44,406 nt of DNA from assembly GCA_001275005.1 (NCBI GenBank), contig JWZX01003019.1:1-44406 (forward strand). Direction: 5' to 3'. This document shows, piece after piece, positions 10,080 to 20,897 of the stretch. The DNA is from Chrysochromulina tobinii. Lineage: Eukaryota. Positions within the stretch are counted from its first letter, which is position 1. Every line of letters begins with the position of its first letter. The notes below the pieces were generated by a model. It saw only the letters and a program-made list of their open reading frames with translations. It was not told the origin of the DNA and did no database searches. The translations under genes were made by a program, and so were the position numbers.

Positions 10080-12422
10080 CTAAGCCTCCCCTCGGCGCCT
10101 CGGCGCGCTGGCGGCGCGGTAGAGAAGCACGCGAAGCATCGTTTGAAGAGCGTCCTCGTGTTGCTCGTTGTGCACAGCAAGCTTGAGGAGGACGTTCCGC
10201 TGCGGCCCCGCTGGCCACAGGCGCAGCTCGTTCCGGGCGAGCGAGCCATAGCCAAATCGGGAGCGCACACGTGCCAGTCCCGCCTGCAGCGTGGCGATGC
10301 GCTCGGGCGGCACTGCGCGCAGGATGGCTGGCAGCCGCGGCACGTCCTTTTCGGCGATTCGTATCGAGAAGGCGCTGTAGTTGAGCACGTTCTCAAAAGG
10401 GAACTCGATGCCATCCATCACGATCACCGGCACGCATCCGGCGAACACAGCGGATGAGATGCCGCCTGACCAGCCGTCACCCGGAAAGGCGCCGCAAAAG
10501 GTGGCGTTTCGCAGCTTGGCGTGGTACTGGATGTGCCACCAATCGCGCGTCAGGTGGCCGGTCACTTCGATGTCGTCGGCCCGCGCCGCAGCTGCCGCCC
10601 GATAGACGGCCTGTCGGATGCCCATAGAATATTGTGGGGAAGTATGTGGGCCGGCGCCCGTCGTGCCCGGTGGTGAACCCAGGTCGCCGGAGAAGAAGAA
10701 GAGCGCACGCCGGGGGGCGGGCACGCGGCGCGGCGGCTCGGGTAAGAAGGTCTCAAGCTCGCGAAAGGAAGGCAACACGAGGTCCTTGCCTGGCACGAAG
10801 CACGGGTGGCCCTCGATGAGTGAACCGAGTGGCCAGCCAGTGTACGGATCAGTGGCGACGTCCCAACGGTCGTCGCTGTACGTCGTGGTGCATCGGTTGT
10901 GCGCGCTCATCGTATTACCCCAGTGCGAGATGAGCAGAGACGGGCGCAACGGCGCAGGCGCGAAGCATGCGCCCTCGTCGTACCCGAATGCCCAAATATG
11001 GTCAGCGCCGCCCGAGGCGTTCCAGTACGGCAGGCTGGTGCGCACATGCTCATACGCACGCAGGTAGAGGCGCGAAGCGATGGCGAGCCGGTAGCGCGTG
11101 GGCCTCGTCGTCGGCGTGCCGAAGATGGCCGTTACGATCGCGCACGTCGCGTACACAGGCACAAAGAACCAGTCAGCTTCGGCGGGGTCGGTGGTGCGGT
11201 GTGCCGAGCCGAGTAGCCATTCGTGCAGCATCACCTCGAGCACATAGCCCTGGTAGATACCGTATGCGTACTGCGTCGCGTTTGCCTTGAGATACGTCCG
11301 ATGCGCGCAGAAGAGCTTGTCGTGGCGCCGCTGCAGCAGGTCCGTGGTGAGACTCTGCGGCATCTCGTACACGTAGATCAGCGGCCGCACGCGCGACGCC
11401 GCGGCCGTAGCGGCCGCCGCGTGCGCCGCGCTGGCTGTCGGTGCTGCGGCCGACGCTGCCGTCTGAGCGATGCCTGCTGAGGCGTCAGTATTCGCAATCG
11501 AGCAATCGATGCCCCACCACCCAGGCTCACAGAGGCAGAACCCATGCTCACATCGACCACGGAAATTGCACTGGTTGAGGCAGAACATGGCCACGCTGTA
11601 CTGGCACAGATAGCCGTCCCGCCCGTCGTACCGGCACGCGCACACAACCGCCGGCTTCTCGCCCACGCTCGCGTTCGCGTCACACCAACCGGGAAGCTCC
11701 GCCGTTCCCTCTCTCGGCCGACCCCAGATAGAACTCCATGGATGGCGCTCCGCTTCGTTCCGCGCGTCCACCTTCCATGGCTGGATCTCGCGCTCGATGC
11801 CCCGCGGCTCGCATTGGAGCAGCGGTCGGTCTGGATACGTCGCCCGTGCGCCGCAGTAGCAATGGCCGTAGCGCTTGTCGCACTCGCCGGCACAGCGCGT
11901 CCACAGATACCGTCCGTCGTCCGCGTTGCACTCCCAGCGCTGTTCGATATCGCAGCGATCGCCCATCCAGCCACTAGTGCAATGGCACGTGCCAAGCTGT
12001 GCGTTGCAACTGCCATGGTCGCCGCAGCCGCCCGCGCACCCAACCCACCGCTTCACGAGCGATCGGCTGGTTACTTGCATGCCGACGTGCCGCGTAAGCC
12101 ACGAGCCGATGCGCGGCTGCCAAATGGCCGTGCTCTCGTCGGCATGCAAAGGTCGCGTGTGGAGCTCTGACCCTCTATCGGAACGTTTGAGACCAACAGC
12201 GGACGCTGGTTGTGAGATTGGCAGCGACGGCTGCGATGGCGGAGGCGGCTGCAACTCATCGGGCGTGGGCCCTCGGTCTATGGCGTGAAGCGACGACACG
12301 CTGGCGGCGATGCGAACTACGACCGGGTGTGACCATGCCGTACGCTCGGTGAAATGCTCCGCGCAGCGCAGGAGGAAGAGGAAGAGGAGCAGGACGACAG
12401 GGCCGAGCGCAATCGGTCGCAT
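10080..12422 (-). CDS. Exostosin-family (GT47) glycosyltransferase with EGF-like repeats and an N-terminal signal anchor
   Basis: Hydrophobic N-terminus; EGF motifs (CxCxxGWxGxxC); RPLIYVYEMP; RTTDPAEADWFFVPVY; FCGAFPGDGWS; GCVPVIV. Confidence 0.9.
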   Translation of the reverse strand: MRPIALGPVVLLLFLFLLRCAEHFTERTAWSHPVVVRIAASVSSLHAIDRGPTPDELQPPPPSQPSLPISQPASAVGLKRSDRGSELHTRPLHADESTAIWQPRIGSWLTRHVGMQVTSRSLVKRWVGCAGGCGDHGSCNAQLGTCHCTSGWMGDRCDIEQRWECNADDGRYLWTRCAGECDKRYGHCYCGARATYPDRPLLQCEPRGIEREIQPWKVDARNEAERHPWSSIWGRPREGTAELPGWCDANASVGEKPAVVCACRYDGRDGYLCQYSVAMFCLNQCNFRGRCEHGFCLCEPGWWGIDCSIANTDASAGIAQTAASAAAPTASAAHAAAATAAASRVRPLIYVYEMPQSLTTDLLQRRHDKLFCAHRTYLKANATQYAYGIYQGYVLEVMLHEWLLGSAHRTTDPAEADWFFVPVYATCAIVTAIFGTPTTRPTRYRLAIASRLYLRAYEHVRTSLPYWNASGGADHIWAFGYDEGACFAPAPLRPSLLISHWGNTMSAHNRCTTTYSDDRWDVATDPYTGWPLGSLIEGHPCFVPGKDLVLPSFRELETFLPEPPRRVPAPRRALFFFSGDLGSPPGTTGAGPHTSPQYSMGIRQAVYRAAAAARADDIEVTGHLTRDWWHIQYHAKLRNATFCGAFPGDGWSGGISSAVFAGCVPVIVMDGIEFPFENVLNYSAFSIRIAEKDVPRLPAILRAVPPERIATLQAGLARVRSRFGYGSLARNELRLWPAGPQRNVLLKLAVHNEQHEDALQTMLRVLLYRAASAPRRRGEA

Positions 12423-12599
12423 TAGGAATGTCAAGTCAAGGCAAGTCAGGAATGCGAGCGGGGAGAAGGGAACGCCGTCTTTGTCGAAAGAGCGAGGCCG
12501 AGTCGCACGTTACATGTACGTGCCCGGTGAGGTGGACAAGAAGCTCGCAGAAACGTTTTTTCTCGCGTTCCCCTTTCCATATCCAGCTGTGGAGAGAGT

Positions 12600-14126
12600 A
12601 TGCCGTCCGACAACCCGGGTGTGGACGATAGAGCGCCGAGCCCGCGCGCGAAATCCGAAGGTGGCGCGTCCTTGGAGATCAAGCTTGAGAAGGTCCCCGG
12701 GATGGCCGTGGGCATCAGCCTCATGAACCGCAGCGCAGGCGGCGGGGTCAAAATCGCAGACGTGAGCGCAGCGAGCCCACTTGCCCCCTACGTGAGCAAG
12801 GGCGATGTCCTTGTCTCCATCAACGGCCAGGCCTGCGAGCAGGGGCATGAAAGGGCAAGCGACATGCTGCGCGCATCCACAGGCATGGTTGATTTGGTCT
12901 TCAGGGCCAAGACAGGTTCGATCCTCGGGACATCGCGTCGCAGCAGGATTGCCACCGCATTTCGAAAGGGATCTGATGCCATGATCTTCATCGGGGGTGA
13001 CGGCCAGCGACGCGATGAGTTCGGGAAGCCATCTGAGGCGCTGGAAAAGCTGATCTCGCCCCGTGATGACACCTCCGGTGGGGTCTCGACCAACGCCGAG
13101 GTCGGCCAGAGCGGCGGCGGCACGGATGTGCGCAAGCTGCAGGCAGAGGCGGAGGCAAAGGCGAATAAGGCGGAGGCCAAGGCGATCGAGGCGAAGGCGA
13201 TGCGTGCGCGTGTCGGCGAGCTGCAGGCGCAGCTCACCAACGGCACCATCACGCCCGAGGGACGCAAGGAGCTCGAGCGCTATGAAGTGCAGCTCAAGGA
13301 GCTCAATGAGGCGCTCAAGGAGCTCAATGAGGCGGCGGACGAAGCTGCGCTGGGGGTGCAAATGGCGGCACACACGGTGGGGTCAACGGTCGACGCAGAG
13401 ACTCCAGCCGCCGCCGTCCCATTCGCCGTCGCCCCTGTCACCACCGCCGCTGCCAGCGCGGCCGCTGCCAGCGCGGCGCCCCGTGTTCGAGAACCGTACG
13501 GTCGAGAGATGTCGCGACCGCCCCGCGGCGCATCTGAGGGCGCCGTATCGAGCGGCTCGACGAGGGACGAGGGCGCCGTATCGAGCGGCTCGCCCCGCGG
13601 CGCATCTGAGGGCGCGGGAGCCCTCGCATCGCCGGGCTTGCCAAGGCTGGCTGCACGTCGGATCGAATCCAGCCCCGCGCCGTCAAGAACGCCGAGTTGG
13701 GCTCCGCGCGTGTCTGTGACCATCGACGCGACCGGTGGACTGCCCGTGCTATTCCGCGCGACGTACGTGCACACTCGCATCGTCCAGGATAGCACCATCG
13801 TCTCCAACACGCAGACAGTGAGCTGGCGGTACAGCGTGTGGCGCGCGCTGCACCAGTACCTGTGCCACTGGTTCCCGAACGAGGTGCGCCCGTTACGTTT
13901 CCCGCCAAAGGGATTCCACTTGCTTGGGCGCCCAGGGCCCCAATCGGCTTTCGTGCAGCAGCGGCGCGAGGATCTTGAGGGCTACTTGCACGTCTTTGTG
14001 TCGGCTTGCGGCGCGGAGCTGCTGCACGCCGCCATCACTGCCGTACACGAGAACCCTTTACTTCCTCCTGTCCCCGTCTCGCGTGCCGCGTCATTCACGC
14101 CGCGCTCCGGGACACACACGCCGTAA
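12600..14126 (+). CDS. PDZ + coiled-coil + PX domain protein (sorting-nexin-like)
   Basis: PDZ: VGISL...GVKIADVSAASP...KGDVLVSING. PX: VSWRYSVWRALHQYL...FPPK...FVQQRREDLEGYL. Confidence 0.75.
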   Translation: MPSDNPGVDDRAPSPRAKSEGGASLEIKLEKVPGMAVGISLMNRSAGGGVKIADVSAASPLAPYVSKGDVLVSINGQACEQGHERASDMLRASTGMVDLVFRAKTGSILGTSRRSRIATAFRKGSDAMIFIGGDGQRRDEFGKPSEALEKLISPRDDTSGGVSTNAEVGQSGGGTDVRKLQAEAEAKANKAEAKAIEAKAMRARVGELQAQLTNGTITPEGRKELERYEVQLKELNEALKELNEAADEAALGVQMAAHTVGSTVDAETPAAAVPFAVAPVTTAAASAAAASAAPRVREPYGREMSRPPRGASEGAVSSGSTRDEGAVSSGSPRGASEGAGALASPGLPRLAARRIESSPAPSRTPSWAPRVSVTIDATGGLPVLFRATYVHTRIVQDSTIVSNTQTVSWRYSVWRALHQYLCHWFPNEVRPLRFPPKGFHLLGRPGPQSAFVQQRREDLEGYLHVFVSACGAELLHAAITAVHENPLLPPVPVSRAASFTPRSGTHTP

Positions 14127-14818
14127 TCGTCATGATCAGTCGTCATGACGGCGTCACGTGGGCCACCGCTCGCGCAAGGGAAGAAAATAGGTCACGTCGC
14201 TGTCTATGGTGGATCGGATGTTTCGGATCCGCGAGCCGCGGTCCGGCTAACGCACACGGTGGTCTCAATCAGTCGCCGCGCGATCGCGCCCGGTACGTAA
14301 CGCATGGCCATGGCCTACGTATAATCGCGTCCATCTATGACGAAAGGGATCTTGTTCTTGAGGATCGGCCGAACGTAAATCCCCGTAATCGACGTAGCAC
14401 GTACGACGATGGACGAACCGTCGTTGCGAGATCGTCGCCGTCCCATCGGCATCGCGCAAAGACGGTATGGAGATGTGCAGATTCCCCGATATTTTAGCGT
14501 AGCGGTATGCGGTTCAATCACATGTACGCAGAATGAGTAACGCGAGTAGCCTATAATAGGCATTTCTGAGTTGCCGGGTCACGACCGCGTCTCCGCCGCG
14601 GACGCGGTGCGACGCGGTCCCGAGCCTCCCCGTCTACATCTCCCACGCGACTGCCTCCCTCCCCCCCCCTCCCCCCGACACTTCACACTGCTGTTGGCGT
14701 CTCTTCTGCTTGGGATGTTCATCATTCCCTGTACGAACCGCGAACCGCTGCGCGCGGAAAACCGACTCGCGATGTGTTGTCGTGCCGCTAGGAATCGGGA
14801 ACGCGACCAGAATGAGGC

Positions 14819-16003
14819 TCACGATGCCCCCCCCGTGGCGGCGCGTAGGCCCTTCTCACGCTCGATGATCCAGTCGACGGCGTCGCCAATGCCGTCCACC
14901 ACCACGGTCGCGCCGTTGGTCTCGTCTCCCGACTTGTACACGCCGGTGCGCACGAGCACGCCGTCCCACGAGGTGCACGTGCTTTTATGCACGATGTTCG
15001 AGCGGCGCGTGCCCTCGATGTCGGATGTCGGATTATCGCCCACCATGTAGAAGCGCTCGGTCGTCGCGTGCGGCATCGGCGCGAGCTCACGAAGCCGTTG
15101 CTCAACGAATCGGAACGTCGCGTCTGTCGGCTTTCCCCACTGTCGGATGGCCGCGATCCTCTCATCGATGGTCTCTTGGGGGATGCGCAGGAAGCGCATC
15201 CGCTCCATGTAGAGGGCCTTGAGCGCAATCTTGAAGGCGCCCTGCCCAAAGCGCGGGAAGGGGTGCTCCGACTTCCACAACACATCCGGATTCGAGAAGT
15301 GGCACGGCATGGGCGGCACCGTGACGTCGAACTCGACAGTCAGCGGTGTTGGCGAGCACAGCACATCGACGCCGACTTGCACGGCCTCATACCACTCGTA
15401 CGGATCGCACATGACGAGCACGGCCTCAAAGGGCCGATCGTCCGCGCCCTCGCAGGCAGTGCGTTTCGCGCCTTCCGCGTTAGACACCGCCGTCGTCGCG
15501 ACGGCCGTATGTGAGTGGCCGCCCTCGCGCGCGCCGCGGAACGGATTGATATTATAGTGCTTCACGGCGTAGTCGGAGTAGTGCACGGCGTACTTGAGGC
15601 CGTAATTATGCGCCACCTGGAGCACCTGTTCTTTCGGGTCACCGATGATCAGCACAGCGCCCTCGGCAAGAGACGGTGCCAGCAGCGACTGCCAGGGCGT
15701 ATACGAGAGCACCATCCGGCTCCCATCGATGATGACATCGGTGCGCTCTTTCTCGGGCAGCGAGGACGCCGCGCGGATCTTTGATGACATGCTACTCGCG
15801 TAAGAGGCCTCTGTGAGCCCACCACCGCCGTTGGTCACGAAGACAAAGGGCATCTTTGCTTCGGTCACCTTTTGCAGGGCCCGCAGGCCATCTTTTGACC
15901 ACTCGCGGCCGTACTTGAAGACGCCGTCGATGTCGAAGGCGATGGCCACGCGGGCCTCGCCGGCTTCGGTGTCCGTGCGTGCGCGCTTGGCGGGGCTCGA
16001 CAT
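14819..16003 (-). CDS. HAD-superfamily subfamily IIA hydrolase (HDHD5/CECR5-like)
   Basis: Motifs FDIDGV, FVTNGGG, SNPD..W..EHPFPRFGQGAF, GKP, YMVGDNPTSDIEG and LVRTGVY. Confidence 0.92.
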   Translation of the reverse strand: MSSPAKRARTDTEAGEARVAIAFDIDGVFKYGREWSKDGLRALQKVTEAKMPFVFVTNGGGGLTEASYASSMSSKIRAASSLPEKERTDVIIDGSRMVLSYTPWQSLLAPSLAEGAVLIIGDPKEQVLQVAHNYGLKYAVHYSDYAVKHYNINPFRGAREGGHSHTAVATTAVSNAEGAKRTACEGADDRPFEAVLVMCDPYEWYEAVQVGVDVLCSPTPLTVEFDVTVPPMPCHFSNPDVLWKSEHPFPRFGQGAFKIALKALYMERMRFLRIPQETIDERIAAIRQWGKPTDATFRFVEQRLRELAPMPHATTERFYMVGDNPTSDIEGTRRSNIVHKSTCTSWDGVLVRTGVYKSGDETNGATVVVDGIGDAVDWIIEREKGLRAATGGAS

Positions 16004-16600
16004 CTCCGCACGCTTCAGTCGAAGTCCGGTTCTGCACCAAGATCGGAGATGTCATCTTGTCGCTCGAGTCAAGTCAAGTCAATCAAGTCAAGACGAGGCG
16101 GTGAATTGAAGGACACATTTCGACTTGCCTCCACCTGGCCCCTGATATGTCAGCAAGAAGGACACCCAAAGGTGAGGTGTCGAGTTGACCTCTTGGCTCT
16201 CGCCCTAGCCTTCATACACGCTTACACGCCGAGAGCTCAAGTCGGTGGTCGCCCGCGACGTCCGACGAAAAGCGCATCGACCACAGCGGGGCGAAGCAGA
16301 GGAAGAGGAACACCCTCGCCCGCTCGGTCCTCGCACCTCGGACAAGGTAGGACAAGGAATATCGCGTGCCGACCCCCCGTTATGCGTTAAATATCCGAAA
16401 ATCCGGAAACCCGGAAAGACGAAAGTGTCCGTGAGTGAGTTTTTCATCTGAACAAGCTGCCTAATGTAATGAAGGGACCCCTGGAGTGCGCACTCCGGGG
16501 AATTGAAGGTGATACGTGCCGTGCTGCCGTCGTCGCGTACTCGCATGACGTGGCAGGGTCACAGATGGATGAAAGGTCGCGGCTCGCGCACCTCGCACTG

Positions 16601-18205
16601 CTAACTAATGGGCGCGTCCTTGACCGAGAGCCCGAGATCTTGCATCGCGAGCTCGCGCTCGAGGTTCTGCACGAACACGGGCGTGAATTTCGCGGCAAAT
16701 GCCGCACGGAGACCCTCGAGCTCATGGCGGCGCAGCCCCTCATTTCGAAGTGCCTTCTCGAGCCGCTCCACTTCGAGGTGCATCGTGAACAGACTGACGC
16801 CTTGAGAGTTGCGCATAGCCGCCGACGCGGATAGCCGCCGGCGTGCCTCGAGTTCCGCACGAACAGAGATGCCGGCAGTGCTCGGAGCACTCTCCGCGTC
16901 CTCGTCCGTGCGCTCAGGGTTGGCATGCTTCGACCGTTCGATCATCAGCTCCGTCTTGAGCTTCGCCTTCTCGAGGCGCGCTGCCTTCAGTTCCGCCCGG
17001 AGCGCGGTCACCTCGGAGGCCAGCTCGGAGCTCCCTTTTCTGGTGGACGAGGCGGCTACGTCGGCAGCGGCGGCCGGCGCCACGGCGAGAGCGCCCCGTC
17101 GCCTCTCCTGCGTCAGCTCCGCGTGCAGCCGCTCGACCTCATTCTCAAGCCGCTCCTGCGTACGCGCCCAGCTGGACACGTCAGCGGCCTGCCTGTCGGC
17201 GAGAGCATCTAAAGTGAGACGGTCGCGCTGCAGCCGACGCAGCTGTGCCATCAGCGGCTCCGCGCGCTGCCCAAAGTGTGTGAGCAGCGCGACGAGGGCA
17301 CGCCACATGCACAGTGCCAGGCCGTCGCCAGAGACGCGCAGCAGGCCACCGACATGCTGGCACACATCGTGCATGGCGCGCCGGTGCTCGGCGAGGAGGA
17401 GATCCGCCGAGGCCGCCGAGGAGGCCGCCGACGCGCCGGCGCCGTCGCTGACCACCATGTCCACGAAATTGTACAGCCAGGTGATGGCTGGTCGGATCTG
17501 CTCCACCCACACGTCGCTCATGTCTGCAGAGGGTGCGCCCTCCGGAGCAAACGATGCGGCCGATGGTGCCGCCGTCTGAGCTGGCGGCGTCGGCACCGGC
17601 TCTGCATGGGCTAAAGGGCCGGCGGCAGGTGGCGGCCGGTGCGTGGCGCCAAACGAAGGCGGCGCGCGGTGCACGGGCGTCTTCCGAGTGCTTGGGCTGG
17701 CGACGGGTCGGTACGGCGCCGCCGGTCGTGGCGCGCGTGGGGACGCCGACGTCATGCTGGTTCGGGGGGGAGGCTTTCGCGCCTCCCACTGGAAGCGGCC
17801 ACCAGGGCCAATCTCCCAGCCGGGCGTCGCCAATGCCTGCTTGGCCGGCATGACGCCAAAGGAGCACGCAGCGATAGCTGCAACGGCAGAGGCGGCCTCC
17901 GTCCCAGCAAAGCGCGAGATCGCAGAGCCAGGCTGCGTTCCCTTTGCACGCTTGTCGAACATCCTTTTGCCGGCGAGGTAGGCCGATTCCCAGGCTTCAG
18001 GCGGCTTCAGGCCCTCGCTGCCAAAGTGTCCATGCGTGAACTGTCCGTTGCCAGCCTGCGCATGGCTGAGGGCAGCTCGTGCGCTGGCGGGACGTCGGTT
18101 GGGTGCTGCGATCGCGGCGGGCGCGGCATCGTGAGCGATCGGAGACGCAGGAGCCGTCCATGGTGCCGGCGCCGCCTCGACGGCCATTCGTGCTGCTGCT
18201 GCCAT
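16601..18205 (-). CDS. Hypothetical protein with a Pro-rich N-half and a coiled-coil C-half
   Basis: Long ORF with coding-like composition and heptad-rich E/R/L segments. Start at MAAAARM (18205) is inferred. Confidence 0.6.
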   Translation of the reverse strand: MAAAARMAVEAAPAPWTAPASPIAHDAAPAAIAAPNRRPASARAALSHAQAGNGQFTHGHFGSEGLKPPEAWESAYLAGKRMFDKRAKGTQPGSAISRFAGTEAASAVAAIAACSFGVMPAKQALATPGWEIGPGGRFQWEARKPPPRTSMTSASPRAPRPAAPYRPVASPSTRKTPVHRAPPSFGATHRPPPAAGPLAHAEPVPTPPAQTAAPSAASFAPEGAPSADMSDVWVEQIRPAITWLYNFVDMVVSDGAGASAASSAASADLLLAEHRRAMHDVCQHVGGLLRVSGDGLALCMWRALVALLTHFGQRAEPLMAQLRRLQRDRLTLDALADRQAADVSSWARTQERLENEVERLHAELTQERRRGALAVAPAAAADVAASSTRKGSSELASEVTALRAELKAARLEKAKLKTELMIERSKHANPERTDEDAESAPSTAGISVRAELEARRRLSASAAMRNSQGVSLFTMHLEVERLEKALRNEGLRRHELEGLRAAFAAKFTPVFVQNLERELAMQDLGLSVKDAPIS

Positions 18206-18443
18206 TCGTGCGGTTGCACAACCCACAACGACGCGTTCAGTCAGTCGGAGAATGAGCGGAGGTGAATATGTTCGTAAACGGCTATTCACAGTTTGAAGTT
18301 CGGACAGGCACTGAGGGGGCGTGGGGACAGCTTGGCACTTTGGAATCCAAGTCTCTGCTTTTCGAGCTGGCTGGGCACACGCACGCATTGACGACCTCGA
18401 CGTCCGGCAGGAGACTGGCGCGAGCGCACGCTGGCCAGTAACC

Positions 18444-19178
18444 ATGTCGCCGCCGACTCATAGTAACATGCTGTCCCTCGAGCAAAAGATGGCCGCGCTC
18501 CAGCTCCCTAGCGGCTCGATGACCGACCGGTCCACCTGCTCGACGACCCGCTCCGAGTACGGCCGCGACCCCAATCGGAGGGTCGCGGGCGCGCTCACGC
18601 TCGAGCAGGAGGAGGCGCTCCTCGGGCTAATGTACGACCACTTTCAGATGAGTGACAGTCAGACCCTCGACCTCGAGACTGTCATGCGGTGCGCGCTCAC
18701 GTTGCAATGTGACCCCGACGTGTGCAAGGCGCTCGGCGCTCAGCCTGTGCCGATGGAGGAGGCGTGGTTGCCAGAGCAGGATTGGGTGACGGACATGTGC
18801 TTCGCGTTTACCGATGCCGGCTCGCAGCTGACGGCGCGCTCCAAGCCCAGCGGCATGGTCACGCCCGAGGGCATCTCGTATCTGGTCGCCCAGGCTATCA
18901 TGACAGACCTGCAGAGTGCGCCGGCGGCGGACCCGGGGGCGATCCCCCCGCCGGCGGTGCTGGTGCCGGTGACCGCGATCCCCTCGTCTGCGGATAATGC
19001 GCGCTCTACCTCCAGGAAAAATAGCAAGAAGAAAAGCACCAAAAAGGACGTATCCGACGCTGATCTTCTCGCCGATCCTCGATCGCAGCGCAAGGCGACG
19101 CCGACGAAGCCGAAGGCGACTCCCAAGCCGAAAAAGTCGCCCAAGCGTGGCGCGACGCCGCGCGAGGTGACAATCTGA
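18444..19178 (+). CDS. Hypothetical protein with a Lys-rich C-terminus
   Basis: ATG at 18444 in the 18321..19178 ORF; GC3-rich codons; basic tail KKKSTKK...PKKSPKR. Confidence 0.6.
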   Translation: MSPPTHSNMLSLEQKMAALQLPSGSMTDRSTCSTTRSEYGRDPNRRVAGALTLEQEEALLGLMYDHFQMSDSQTLDLETVMRCALTLQCDPDVCKALGAQPVPMEEAWLPEQDWVTDMCFAFTDAGSQLTARSKPSGMVTPEGISYLVAQAIMTDLQSAPAADPGAIPPPAVLVPVTAIPSSADNARSTSRKNSKKKSTKKDVSDADLLADPRSQRKATPTKPKATPKPKKSPKRGATPREVTI

Positions 19179-19589
19179 TGGCGCGGCCGCCGCCGCGCCT
19201 TGGAGCGCAGCTTGTTCCTTAACTTGCTCCGGTCCGCCCCGTTTCCCTCACGTGTGCCCGCGTGCCTCATCGAAGCGTTGTTGCGTGGCTGCAAGCATGC
19301 ATGAGGGACCTAACATGTGGTGGTCAGACTACGACGATGATGACTGATGATGGCGATGCAGATATGAATATTCATACGTTGTGGCGTGTGTGCTCCCCTC
19401 GAAGCAAGTATTGAGTAATAGCATGTGCGGATTACACGCCCCGTTATTTGAATACATTCTAGGGACTAGCGGCCGGCGACGCGGCCGCGTTGCTTCCGCC
19501 TTCCGCGCCGTCCCGTCCGGTGTGATTCCCGTCTGCGGAGCTCGTCGTTTTAATTACGGAATAGCGGCGCCCTGCAAGAGGTCTACCGT

Positions 19590-20384
19590 TCACAATAGCA
19601 AGTGCTTTCCTTTGAATGGCGTATCTTCATATCTGGAGTTTGGTGGCGGCGCAGCAGGGCTTGATAGCGGGCGAACCCAAGTCGCTCCATCTGGGCTCCT
19701 CGGGCTCTCGTAGGTTTCGAGGTCTGGAATGCCGGCTTCTCGGAGGGCCTCGGAGGCGACCGCGCCCACCTTGTACACCGTTAGGAAGGTCACCACCAAT
19801 CCAAATATAGATATCGCGAGCAGCGGGCCGTCTGTGGGCGGGAACTCGTGGAGCACCTGCTGGCCGACGACCGCCGCGTACGCATAGGGGAACCCAGATG
19901 GGATCATCCCAACCACCATAGTCCACGTGTACGTCCAGAAATCGATTGAGGTGAGAGAGAGCATGAAATTGGTCAACACCGCCGGTGATGCCGGCGTCGA
20001 GCGTATCAGCAGCGGGATTTTCCAGCCGTCGCGTGCCAAGGCACCATCCATTGAGCGCCACACTTTCGCATTCTCGCCGAGGCGTTCTAGAAAATAGGGC
20101 TTGAAGGAGCGCGCAATCGCAAACGAAATGGAGCAGCCGATCGCACTCGTGACCATGGCAAAGATGAATCCAACCACCGGCCCGTACAACACGATCGCCG
20201 CGATCCAAAATACGCCCGAGAGCGGTATTGGGAGGACCGAGTGGATGAGCATGTTGCCAAAGGAGAAGGACAGCACCGTTGTAGGGTTGTTGGAGTCCCA
20301 AGAGATGCCATACGGACCATCCACGTGGTCGTCGGGCAGCAACTCAGCGAATGAGCCCGTCAGGTTGGCCAAGCTCAAGCCCAT
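19590..20384 (-). CDS. DedA/VTT (SNARE-associated Golgi, TVP38/TMEM64-like) membrane protein
   Basis: LPIP...YGPVVG...IGCSISFAIAR, GWKIPLLIRSTP..P...NF and VGMIP motifs; multiple TM helices. Confidence 0.85.
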   Translation of the reverse strand: MGLSLANLTGSFAELLPDDHVDGPYGISWDSNNPTTVLSFSFGNMLIHSVLPIPLSGVFWIAAIVLYGPVVGFIFAMVTSAIGCSISFAIARSFKPYFLERLGENAKVWRSMDGALARDGWKIPLLIRSTPASPAVLTNFMLSLTSIDFWTYTWTMVVGMIPSGFPYAYAAVVGQQVLHEFPPTDGPLLAISIFGLVVTFLTVYKVGAVASEALREAGIPDLETYESPRSPDGATWVRPLSSPAAPPPNSRYEDTPFKGKHLLL

Positions 20385-20897
20385 GAGGGTTGGCAAAGCT
20401 CAAGCCCGGGTGCGAGGGGGTCGAGACAAAACTCCACCATGATTGTCATTGTGCCGCCGGGCGGGAATTTCACATCAACACCTCTCTGCTTGTGTCCACC
20501 CAAGAAGCTACAAGTACGTACTAACAACTCAGACTCTTCTGTTGTTGGCACCGTTCGGGTTCTACAGCACTGCCTACTGCAGCCACACATTCGCTCATCG
20601 TCAGCGCGCCGCTGAGCATCAAAAGCCGACCTCCATTACCCACAATCCTCTGTACGAGTACACTGTCCGTCAGGGACTGAACGGGGAAAGGCGCGTGGAG
20701 CTGGACCTGGAGGCGAACCCCGGAGAACATGATCTGATAGCATCTCAGCTCGTCACCTGTCCGCGATGCACAGTTCGTCTCGGGCGCGACGTGAGCGCAA
20801 CCTGTCCCCTTCCCGCATCCGCGCAGCTCCGGCATGCACGCATGCACGCATAGCAGCGTTGCGCTCAGAAACGGTCTCTCCCTGGCACACACGCCTC

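Noticed and set aside
20443..20892. Short ORFs between the DedA and PDI genes
   Set aside because: Non-ATG starts and no motifs; probably UTR or intergenic DNA.
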